Below, piece by piece: positions 9,888 through 19,849 of a stretch of DNA of 34,174 nt. This DNA is from Trypethelium eluteriae. Lineage: Eukaryota. The position numbers and the translations under genes were made by a program. A model generated the notes under the pieces. The model had not been told where the DNA came from, did no database searches, and saw nothing but the letters and a program-made list of their open reading frames with translations. Positions within the stretch are counted from its first letter, which is position 1. Each line of letters begins with the position of its first letter. The stretch lies in the NCBI GenBank assembly GCA_051942245.1, contig JAVECL010000235.1, positions 1-34,174 of the forward strand, in the 5' to 3' direction.

Positions 9888-11989
9888 TTAAGAGTCGGCT
9901 TTTGTTGCATTTGGCATCTTGAACTCCTGTTCGGCCATCTTCCTGGCCTCTGCCTCTTTCTCCTGCTTTTTCTTCGCTTCTTCCTCTTCCTCCACCGCCT
10001 TTTCCGCCTTTAATTGTGCCTTCAATTCCTTCTCAGCTTCCAATCTGGCTTGCCGTATTTCTTCTTCCTTGGCTTTCTCGACCTCGTTCTTCTTCTTGTC
10101 TTCTAGGGCCTCTACCTTTTCAGAAAGCAGAGCATGAGCCTGTCTCAGTTCATCGATGGAGTCTTTGACTTCGCTCTTTTTCCACGAAGACTGAAGTACG
10201 AGCTCTTTCAACCGTGAAAGTTTCTCATCAGTTTCAGTTATCTCATTTTCTACCTCAGAAGTCCCCGTATATTTCATGGTGGTATCTTGGGCTTTGAAGA
10301 TGGCGTCTTGGGCCTCCTTCATGAGGACTTTATTGGCCCTTTCCGCTTGCTCATTCAATGGTTTCATGGCCTGGTATTTGAGTGGTTAGCGAAATGATAT
10401 TCATGGATTCAGAATACCTTGTAAGGGCGAACCTCTTGTAGTTTCTGCAATTCTTCTTCAATCCTGTCCGGTTCCTCTCTTGATTCTTCCTTCTCCATAA
10501 CATCCTTCAAATGATTCCGCCCCTCCACTAATTTCTCCTTCTCTTCTTCTGACAGTCTCTCTTCAAATTCTCCTAACCGCTTCTCAACCAACTCCTCCAT
10601 ATCCTTCACTCTCGCCTTCACATTCTCCAAACGTTTCCTTCTGGCATCCTTCTCCACCGCAACCTCAGTCCAAAAGTCCCTTACTTCCATCGGATACGAC
10701 GTCTGTTTGTACTCAATTTCCCAATCCGGCAAATGTTGCTCTGCCCGGTTCAACCAATACCGCATCCTCGCTTCGCGATCCCCGACACCCGCAAAATGCA
10801 CCAAGAAGTCCCCCCTCCGCACTTGGAACGGCGCCAGCGTCTCATTGTGCTCTCCCTGATACGCATTAAACCACCGCTGTGGCGCCTTCACCAGATTCCG
10901 CGCAAACCGCCGCTCCTTGAGCAACTCATCCATAGCACTCTGATCACGAAATAGCAGGAAGAAGTCTGGCTTGTAGTGTGGGAACGCGAGCACGGCACTC
11001 AGCAGTTGCACGCTCCACTGACACACGCGGATCGCGAAGACGCCGTTGTTCAGGCCGTTCCAGTCGTGCACAACGACAAGGTTAATGTCGTCGAACTCGC
11101 CCGTCTCGGGCGGCAAAAACGCCGAGATCGGAATATAGGGATTGAGTAAGACGGTGTCGGCATCCATCCAGAAGAGCCATTCAAGGCGCTCAACCGGTGG
11201 ACGGGCGAGCTCGCGGAGGATCAGGGCGAGGATCCAGGCGGGCTTTGTCCAGACGTCGTCAAGAATGGATTGTCGGTTGATGTACAGGGGATAGTTGTGC
11301 AATTGATTGTGGGCATCGTGGCTACGAAGGGCGCGCTCGTAGACGGGATTGTAATTGAAGGAGATGGTGCATTTGGCGATACGGGGGGCAGATCTGTAGA
11401 GGGACGAGCCGGGAGGGGCGTCTAGAGAGTCACCCAGAGTGTAGTTGACAGCAGAAGACGTCTCGTTGAGGATGGAAGATGTGGTGTTAACTGTTGTCTC
11501 GTTTCTGATATCATGACGCCATGGTACTGGATTGTGGCTGTCTGCGAAGTTGCTTCCCCAAGAACTTGGGTACCATGTTGACAGCTTATTAGAAAGACTC
11601 TTCTGCCAGTTCGTGATCAAATGTTTCTTTCTGGCTTTCGGAATAGGGCCAGTCTCTGGTTTATTTCCATACGCATCTGTCATGCTATCAGCCTCGCTGG
11701 GATGCCTCCACGCAGCGTCCTCGCCGACGACTGGATCGATCATCACTGCTTCGGCTTCCAATGGCTTTCTCTCCCATCTCGCTTCGGTGTTATCAGTCAC
11801 GTCGACCAGTGAGGAAGGGTCATCGGGGGGTCCCAATAAGCTAGTCATCGTGAAGCCAGCGATTATGCACACGAGAGATAGTGCAAGAACTTTCAAGCGC
11901 GCAGACATGCATGGTCCAACACCCCGAGTCCGCTGCAAGACCCAGGTAGGTATGACTGGGGAAGGCGTCCGGGTGCGTGCTTGTTGCAT
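9888..11989 (-). CDS. GT34 glycosyltransferase (Gma12/Mnn10 family) with long C-terminal charged coiled coil
   Basis: Exons 11989-10433 and 10370-9888 (intron GTTCGC..GCTAAC..CAG). N-terminal type II transmembrane segment (VLALSLVCIIAGFTMTSLLG); WTKPAWIL, EWLFWMDADT (DxD), DWNGLNNGVF, FRDQSAM, QRWFNAY, GDFLVHFAG; E/K-rich helical tail. Confidence 0.88.
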
Positions 11990-12299
11990 ATTTCGAATAT
12001 ACGTTCATGAAGTCGTGATTCGAGATATCGTGGATCATCAAAGCGCCGAGTGCACTTAGCAAGGTGTAATTGCTGCTCCTTGTGGACCACCTACTGTGAC
12101 ACATAGTCCCTGGATTTCGCACATCGTGTCATTTCGAGCAATGTTTACATTCCTGGGTCGACCGCCTGTAAGGGGCGCCATACCGCATATCCTCCTTACA
12201 AATTTATTAAAGAGTGTGGGTGAGGTCAGTCTCTGTGACACGATACGATCATTCCTAAAATATACGCTGCTACTACCGTAGAATGGAGCATCACTTCAT

Positions 12300-12332
12300 C
12301 TTTCTTTCTTTCTTTCTTTTTCTTTTTTTTTT
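12300..12332. repeat. (CTTT)n microsatellite plus poly-T directly after the GST-kappa stop codon
   Basis: ctttctttctttctttctttttctttttttttt read directly. Confidence 0.8.
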
Positions 12333-12334
12333 GG

Positions 12335-13294
12335 TCACAACTTCGACTGCTTCGATAGAGAAATATCAGACCAATCAAGGCCAAGAAATTGCCACATGTA
12401 ATGAAACCTGCGCCAAGGAATTAATGACCCCTTCGTCCGTCCTTCGCACTTCGCACGGACTCACCTATCACTACCAAAGAAGGGTTCTGTCGTTCCTTGG
12501 GAATTTCGAACAAAGTACCAAGGAGCCCCAAAGGCGCCACGCTCAACCAAAAAGTTGGTGTTGTCCTTCAGTTTCTGCTTATATTCTGGCGAGTTCCCCG
12601 CAGCAAGAATCGTCTCGACCTCTTGTGGGCTGAAGTGCCGCGCAAGAGCCTGGGATAATTGGCTCGGCTGACTGATATCCATATGCTGCTTCCATAAACA
12701 GATCCACAATTCCACGAAGCCGATCTCGAATTTGTCCGATGGATAGTGCTCTTTGATATATGTCATGCAACGTTGCGGCTACGTCAATCGTCAACCTCGC
12801 CAAATTAAGTTAACTAATTAGGCCTCCAAGAAAGGGACGTTACCAAAATGGAGAGAATTGGAAAGAAGGGCGGTGATTTAAGGCCCGTCTGTCCAAAGTA
12901 TTGCAGGGCCCGAGCCATGTCGTAGTTTCCGTACACTCGTTTTGCCGGCAAGGTCCATGGCGGTTTATTACCTTGTTTGAGTGAGAACGAAATAGATGTT
13001 ATTCTTGGATGGCTTGCTTACCGCTGCCTTGATTTATACCTCCAAGGAATATTGGATGGAACCTAGAGAGAAGCAAATCGTCATTGACTACCCGTTGTAG
13101 TATCAGTCGAATGCCAAATCTCACTCAACTTCGACACCTTGCTCGGCAAGAGCTTTTCGGTTCTTCAGTAGATAATGAAAAGCCAGGTATGAATAAAAGG
13201 ACGCTTCATGGCAGTGGTTGGTTAGTTGCTACGCAAGGAAGAAGGTGACCCGAGACAGACTGCAGTCAAAGTACGCGTCAATTTTGGCGTTCAT
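12335..13294 (-). CDS. Glutathione S-transferase kappa / HCCA isomerase (DsbA-like) family, C-terminal PTS1 (SKL)
   Basis: Six exons: 13294-13261, 13203-13125, 13062-13022, 12971-12844, 12778-12465, 12407-12335. Protein MNAKIDAYFDCTSFYSYLAF..HPIFLGGINQGSGNKPPWTLPAK..FFPILSILPQR..ERGAFGAPW..EPFFGSDRFHYMWQFLGLDWSDISLSKQSKL*. Confidence 0.9.
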
Positions 13295-13678
13295 TCCGAA
13301 CACTTGACACAATCCACGATTTTCTGAGACCACTTATGCCTTAATTAGTATGAAGTTCAGTCTCCAAGATATATACTATGGAAGATTACTGGCGCAGTCC
13401 CCATCGCAGTTGTAGAGTAGAGTAGCAGCTGGCTGCGGGCTCAAGCCGAGGCTTCAAGTCTGGCACGCAAGAGCGAACAACAAACTCGGTACTGTATCAG
13501 TAATCGCGAATATGACCATGTATCGACTCCGAGGTCCACGGCAAATGATGTGACTTTCACTTCTCGATGCATAAAATTGCTCACGACTTCCAATGGAATT
13601 CAAATACCTCGGGAGAGATGCGTAAAGCTTGCTTGCAGGTGGGTTGTTTCGTGCAGACCACACCTCGAGGCCTTCGAA
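13295..13678. promoter_or_regulatory. Bidirectional promoter with three CCTCGG/CCGAGG (FarA/FarB/Ctf1-type) motifs
   Basis: CCGAGG at 13446-13451 and 13529-13534, CCTCGG at 13607-13612, lying between the divergent ATGs at 13294 and 13679. Confidence 0.65.
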
Positions 13679-14757
13679 ATGTCACCAAAGAAAGTTGCGC
13701 TCATAGTCGGAGCATCGAGAGGTATTGGACGGCAAATTGCCATCGACCTCGCGCGTAACGGCTACGCAGGTAAGCTGCCACCTCCTTTCAGCAGTTGGAT
13801 AGTTGGACTCACCGTAAATCAAGTTGTCGTTGCTGCTAAAAGCACGTCGGAAGCGTCGAAAGCCAAGCCATTCCCACCCGATCCTAATTCTCCCCAGTCA
13901 ACAATAAGCACTGTCCAGCGTGAGATTCGTGAGGCCGGTGGAGAGGCAACAGCTATAGCTGTGGATACAAGAGACTATGAAAGTGTACAACACATGGTTG
14001 ACGAAGCCGTCAGCATATATGGTGGTCTAGACGTCTTAATCTACAACTCGGGCGCAATCTGGTGGGCCTCTATAGAGAACACGCCAATGAGAAGGTTTAA
14101 ACTGATGCAACGCGTCAATGCTGAGGGACTGTATGGGACGATCCAAGCAGCTCTCCCGCATTTCAAGAACAATGGATGGAAGGGGAGAATCATAGTTGTT
14201 AGCCCACCTATCTACTCGCGGTTTTTTCGAGGAAAAACAGCGTACGCTATGGGCAAGGTTGGCATGAGTGTCTTGACAAAGGGTCTTGCGATGGACTTTG
14301 AAAGAGATGGGAGGGCGCAAATGTCAATTACTAGCATTTGGCCCGCTACAGTAAGTTAGAGCGTCATATGATTATGGCATCTCAATTGACGAAGGGCGAG
14401 GCCATTCAATCTGGAGCGACTCGGGATCCTGATATCACTGCCGAGCTGCGCAAACCCGTGAGAGACCCACCTTTACTGTCAACCATGATTGAAAACTAAG
14501 CTCGACAGACTATCTTTTCGGATGCGATTATGACCATGCTTGACGCCCCACCAGATCGCGTGAATGGCCATCTTGAGCTTGATGAAGATTTCCTTCGCGA
14601 ATATTCTCACATCGAAGACTTTTCCAAGTATGCCGTGGTTGCAGGGGCCACTCCAAGACGGATCATGCCGGCACGATTTCCAGTTCTGGAGGTTGCGGAA
14701 CAGGACGATGAAGGCAGACGAGTTGACAGTACAAAACGGGCATCTGCAAAGCTTTGA
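13679..14757 (+). CDS. Short-chain dehydrogenase/reductase, HSDL2-like, C-terminal PTS1 (AKL)
   Basis: Exons 13679-13769, 13824-14350, 14401-14457, 14509-14757. VGASRGIG Rossmann motif, VVVAAKS, LIYNSGAI, VSPPI, AYAMGK (YxxxK), SIWPAT-AIQSGAT, LRKPTIFSDA, ending KRASAKL*. Confidence 0.9.
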
Positions 14758-15226
14758 GGAGCCAGTAGCATAGGAGAAGCCTGAGTAACATATGCTTTCA
14801 TGTTAGTAACTCTCTACACATCGCAAAACCGACTGGAGTGCGTGGTTAAGTCACTGGGTTATCTTTCCTTGGCGCGAAACAGCCAAGCGGCAGGCGTTCG
14901 TGCTGAAAGAACAAATGCCCATCACATTCAGTCATTAATCCTTTTTTTTCTCTAAATATAATTGTAGCCAGGAAATCCTGCTCCTGGGTCTCCTTGTTTA
15001 CAGACGTCCCAAAGGGGGCACATGTTCAACATTCCGAAAATTCCAGATCTACATTCCAACGACTTGAAGATGAAATCAACAAGATGTGCTAACCTTATAA
15101 TGGTCCACAATCGAACCTCCAGAGTTGCCGGAGAGACTGTTGCCGCAGTCACTCGTTCTCCCTGAAAAGGTTTCACCGCTTCCTGCTAGATTGCTGCGGG
15201 TCAGATTAACGCCTGGAATCAAAACT

Positions 15227-17395
15227 ATGCGCGCGTTGTTGGCTGTCTGGTTTCTGAAATGCGCAGCCTCTGTCAATGCGCAAGGTAATCTTGCTACGGC
15301 GCAGCCAAAATGCGCATCCTTTCCTCAGGTTTACAGTGGTTGCTACAGCACTTCACCATTTGCACATTCTGGATTCACTTGGGATCTTTCTGTGAATACG
15401 CCTCCTCGGAATTGGCCCGGATACACCTCCACGACCAATATTACTGTAGACTTGTGTCTTACTGCATGCCGTGGACACGGTTTTAGATGGAGCTCGCTTG
15501 ATGGAGACCCCAGCACTGGCCAAGTTTGCTATTGCTCGTTGTATGCACCTACTAGTGCACCGACAGTTGACAGTTCTAACAACACCACGGCGAACACGTG
15601 CCATTTAACACCCCGAATCTCAAACGGTTGCGCGGGCAATCGAAATGAGTATTGCGGTAGCGCCAATGGAGCGGATGTCTACGAAGATCCATCCTTTAGC
15701 AATACATCCTCAAACGCTTCTGGCTATAATTACCTTGCATGTTTCACCAATTCTGGAAGAAATCCTATCAGCTATGTGCTGGAAACGACCGTGACTTCAA
15801 ATGCATGTCTTTCATTTTGTGCAGCGGGTAATTGGCCATATGCCTTTTTACTAGGAGCTGATGGCTCGTCGCAAAATTGTGGATGCGGCACGGAGATTCA
15901 ATCCAATTATCAGGCCGTCGAATCTGATTGCTCAACAACCTGCAATTCTAGCGCTGCGACGAAGTGTGGAGGCACACTCCGAACAAGCGTCTACCTTAAT
16001 TCGGCACTCCAGGGTTGTTTTGCCCCTAATATACCTGGGAGATCTGCAGGTTCAACGTACAATGGTCCTGTCGGAGGCATTGGTCAAGCATCGTCTTCAT
16101 CCGCATCAACACCAGCATCAGCAGGAGAGACCTGGGCAAGTACAGGAAATAGTAACGGACCGCAGTACATTACCATCACGCAAACCCAATCCGCATCGAC
16201 TATCACAGAAACTACTACGTACTACAACGGAGAAACCCGAACCGTCACTGCTACGACAACGGCAACAGCTGCGCTGTTTCCTACAACTTCATTACGAGGA
16301 GATCTTCCAACCTCTAACCCTTCGCAATCGTCGGTGACTGTACAGACTCTCAGTGTTTCATTCATCGGTGCAAGTGTACCGCTGGCTGCCAGCAGTACAT
16401 TCTCGTTGCTCATTTCTAGCCTTGGCGTGCCAGGCGCAAGTACCTCCACAATTTCGTTACCCCTTACATTATTTTCGACTTCCATTCCTGGATTTCCAAG
16501 CTCTGCCACCATTAGAAGCATTCCATCCCTGCTGCTCTCCGCAAGCAGTCGTTCGGCTCTAAACACAGCTATTCCTCCACTAAACCAGACTGCAGCGTTG
16601 CCAAGTATAGCTTCGCCACTATCAAGTGCTACGGCGATTCCCACTTCTCCATCGTGTCCAGGCAGTAACGACACCACGTACACTACTAGATCTGGGAATT
16701 CTTACCTCATCTTATGCAATATGGACAGTAATACTGCAGTTATATCTAACCTTACTTCTGCCAGTTTGGGCGACTGTGTCAACAGCTGTGACCTGACCCC
16801 TGGTTGTGCGGCCGTCGCTTATGACAGTTCTGGTCGAACATGCGCAACGAAATCTAACAGCACTCAAGTGGTCATGTTTTCAGGCTCTCTCCATATCTAT
16901 GCGACTTTAATAACAGCACAATCTCCAGCTGAGACCTTCACGCCCTCCTCGTCCAGCGCAACGTCTGTTTCGAGCAACTCGGCCGCAAGCCTGAGTGCAT
17001 CGCTTCCGTTCGCGAATCTGACTTTGTCTATTCCCTCACTCAGCTCAAGTCTCACTGCTCTGAGCATCACTTCGCTATCTCTGTCGACCACTCCCACAAG
17101 TCTGAATTCTGCCGCGCCGTCCCTCAATTTGACTCTTCCATCTTCTTTGACGGGATTAACTGCATCGTTGTTCAGTCCGAGCGGTACCACCGTGATCATA
17201 TCCACTCTAGGCCCATCTCTTTCATCCACTGGCTCCACGTTTACTCTGCCATCTTCATCTCTCTCCAGCGGCAGAATAGGGAATGTGACGATGCCGACGA
17301 GTTTGCTGAATCCTACCGGGTTGTTTGTGACGCCATCCGTGAGTATCACACCATGTTCGGGTGCATCTACCGTGACGATCACGGCTTCATCCTAG
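15227..17395 (+). CDS. Secreted/cell-surface protein with two WSC domains, Ser/Thr-rich regions and a PAN/Apple-like Cys module
   Basis: ATG at 15227 gives signal peptide MRALLAVWFLKCAASVNAQ. WSC patterns YSGCY..ITVDLCLTACRGHGFRW..CYC..CAGNRNEYCG and YNYLACF..CLSFC..CGCG..CSTTC..KCGG..SVY. Later CPGSND..YLILCNMD..DCVNSCDLTPGCAAVAY..CATKS. Extensive S/T tracts. Confidence 0.82.
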   Translation: MRALLAVWFLKCAASVNAQGNLATAQPKCASFPQVYSGCYSTSPFAHSGFTWDLSVNTPPRNWPGYTSTTNITVDLCLTACRGHGFRWSSLDGDPSTGQVCYCSLYAPTSAPTVDSSNNTTANTCHLTPRISNGCAGNRNEYCGSANGADVYEDPSFSNTSSNASGYNYLACFTNSGRNPISYVLETTVTSNACLSFCAAGNWPYAFLLGADGSSQNCGCGTEIQSNYQAVESDCSTTCNSSAATKCGGTLRTSVYLNSALQGCFAPNIPGRSAGSTYNGPVGGIGQASSSSASTPASAGETWASTGNSNGPQYITITQTQSASTITETTTYYNGETRTVTATTTATAALFPTTSLRGDLPTSNPSQSSVTVQTLSVSFIGASVPLAASSTFSLLISSLGVPGASTSTISLPLTLFSTSIPGFPSSATIRSIPSLLLSASSRSALNTAIPPLNQTAALPSIASPLSSATAIPTSPSCPGSNDTTYTTRSGNSYLILCNMDSNTAVISNLTSASLGDCVNSCDLTPGCAAVAYDSSGRTCATKSNSTQVVMFSGSLHIYATLITAQSPAETFTPSSSSATSVSSNSAASLSASLPFANLTLSIPSLSSSLTALSITSLSLSTTPTSLNSAAPSLNLTLPSSLTGLTASLFSPSGTTVIISTLGPSLSSTGSTFTLPSSSLSSGRIGNVTMPTSLLNPTGLFVTPSVSITPCSGASTVTITASS

Positions 17396-18347
17396 AGAGG
17401 CTCGTCGGGATTTACAATGGTGGATGGGTTGCGTATAGCGGGGCGGCATCGGCCTTCGTAAGTTGTTGTAATTTGTAGGGCGCGATTATGATGTGTGCGG
17501 ATAGGACTGATCATCTTCATCGGGTCTATCAGTAGATGCTCAATTTTCCGTCTGCTGGCGTCTATAGCATGTCTATCTATCAATTAAATGCAAAAGGCAT
17601 CTGTACCTGAATTGGTCTTTTGCGAGCTGGCGCTCCGATATGCAAACGCAGTCAATACAGCGAAACGTATCCGCGGGGTCTTGGACAGCCGTTGCGACAG
17701 CACCATGACCTGGTCGGTGGGACCTATCTTGTCGACCCTGGTGAAGTATCTTGGGTTGGCGTTACCTTCTAGACCCTCCACTGGATTCCTTAAAACAAAA
17801 GCCTCTCCTATGGATCGTGTTCAAATTTAAGGAACGTCGAGAGTATTGCTACGTCGAAGCGACATACTATATTTTGAACTTCGCAATTTCTTCCGCACCC
17901 TCAAGGTTCGAAGTGCTGTGTTCAATGTAGGTACCTAGGTAGGTACAGAACACATTGTCATTGTACCGAGACCTCGGATCGAACCCTTCCTCGCAGGAGA
18001 TTATCGAAACATTCAGCCACAAATTAGCTGTCATGGTCTTGTGCTCGCTTATCGTAAGTGGTATATCGTCCGCGGTGGCTGATCCACTCAAGTCCCTCTT
18101 CCCCAGTCTCCCGCCGCAGGCGGAAAGTATGATGAAAAGAAAAGTTGGCATGAAAGACAGAGATTCCCTGCGGGCCAGAAGGCCAACAGAAGCATTCTGA
18201 CAAGGTACTTTTTAATTATCAACGACGGGACCTCGCACGAAACCTCACTGATCTCTGGAATGCCTGAGCGCTGGGACGGGAAGAGAAGGGAGAGGTGCTG
18301 GGCTGGGGACACGAAGTGCTTTTACGGCTGCAAGCAGCGCTAATTGG

Positions 18348-18370
18348 ATGACTCATCTCGACGTCACGTG
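18348..18370. promoter_or_regulatory. Cluster of bZIP/bHLH-type sites (ATGACTCAT, GACGTCA, CACGTG)
   Basis: ATGACTCAT at 18348-18356, GACGTCA at 18360-18366, CACGTG at 18365-18370. Confidence 0.4.
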
Positions 18371-19849
18371 AAAGCGGACTCGCACCACGCCACCACACCA
18401 CCGCGCGTCTGCAGTCGATACCCTACGTGCATGAACCAGACCTGATCCTCGCTCTTATTTCCCGTACACGTGGTTGTAGTGAACCGGGCCACCTTAAACC
18501 TTTGTGTAGATCCCTAGCCCTCCCGTACAGTCACGACCTCCTCTCACAACAAAGCATGCATGCCAGCTACGAGTGTCATGTACTTCCGACTGGCGCAATG
18601 ATTAGGACCCTGCCCAATATCGTAGCCGACATCTCAATGTGCTTCGGCAAGTTTTTCGGAAAGCTGGGAGGGTTGACTCTATCACATCTTTTTCACGCCA
18701 CCAGGCGATGACCAGAACGTGGTAGTCTTCGTTGGCGGTCTCGGTACCCCATCAAGCCTGCATTGCATTTTGAAACCTCTTCCGACCGTTACCCTTCTAA
18801 TGCAGCTTGTTGATGTTGCGTAACTGAGCTAGCTATAGCAGGTCGTAATCACGGGACGATGGTGAGGAACAATTCATGGATTCCTGCCATTTCTGCCTGT
18901 TTCAACCCAGGTTCATCAAAGAGAATTCGAAGAAGCCTAATGCTGAGTGCTCGTAGTCGTGCATGCTGCAGACGACTGCAGGCGACTGCTGACTGCATGA
19001 TCTCGCCTCTGGCCTCGATGGAGAAATTTCGTGCTTGAGGAATACTACATTCCGTGATGCCGAATAGCGCTTGGAAAGAACAATCCCACTACAGAATTCC
19101 ATTACGCAGTAGCCTCTCAGGGCAAGTGTCCGTCCAGCAGGTCAAGCAATCAAGTGGCATCAGGCTCGCACTTTTACAGTCTGCATGCACTTGCAACAGT
19201 CTCTACAGAGGATCGTGCCTCTTCTTGGGCCTTGCAGTGGGTCGAGACTTCGTTTACCACCTATCAATCCTCTCCTGTGTAGTTTCATGCAGGAAGTCTA
19301 GGGTCCAAATCGATCAAAATGTGCCCAAGGCTGATGCCGTCTTCCCGGCTAGCCCCTTTTTGAATGTGACTGTCTGTGGGCATCGCAACCAGAGAAGGGC
19401 GCAAGGACCTTTAAGTCTCGCAAGCAAACTATGGCATTCCCTATTCACAGGGAACAGGCGGTACTGTAGTTCGCAATTTGGTAACGAATTAAGCATGCGC
19501 TCCATTCTTTTCGGCATTCATCTTTTGCTTCTTCTAGAACCTGTATGCAGATCGCCTGGGTACCACAGGGCCCAGAATTCGATCGTTTGTCATGTCTTCT
19601 CCAATTCTTATGGCTCTTGAATGTATCGTTATAAGAGCCACCTCCACCACATCTCTTTTTTTGTGGACTTGTATTCTCTGCTTGGCGGTTTTCTGATTTT
19701 TGCGTTATCCTTTCCCGTTTGAAATACAGTAGCAGCTTCTGAAGATCTTTCTGTCAGCAGGCCGGAGAAAGACTACTTTTGAGGCATTTTTCTGAGCGCA
19801 TTCTTCTCTCTAAGCTAATCGTGTTCGAAGAGGCCTCTCAATAGGCAAT

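Noticed and set aside
13550..13678. N-terminal extension of the SDR ORF, a possible mitochondrial presequence
   Set aside because: Starts at GTG; the first ATG (13679) matches the family N-terminus, and the segment holds promoter motifs.
19054..19620. 188-aa ORF upstream of the RRM gene
   Set aside because: No recognisable domain, Cys/Ser/Leu-rich random-like composition, and no convincing splice link to the RRM exons.
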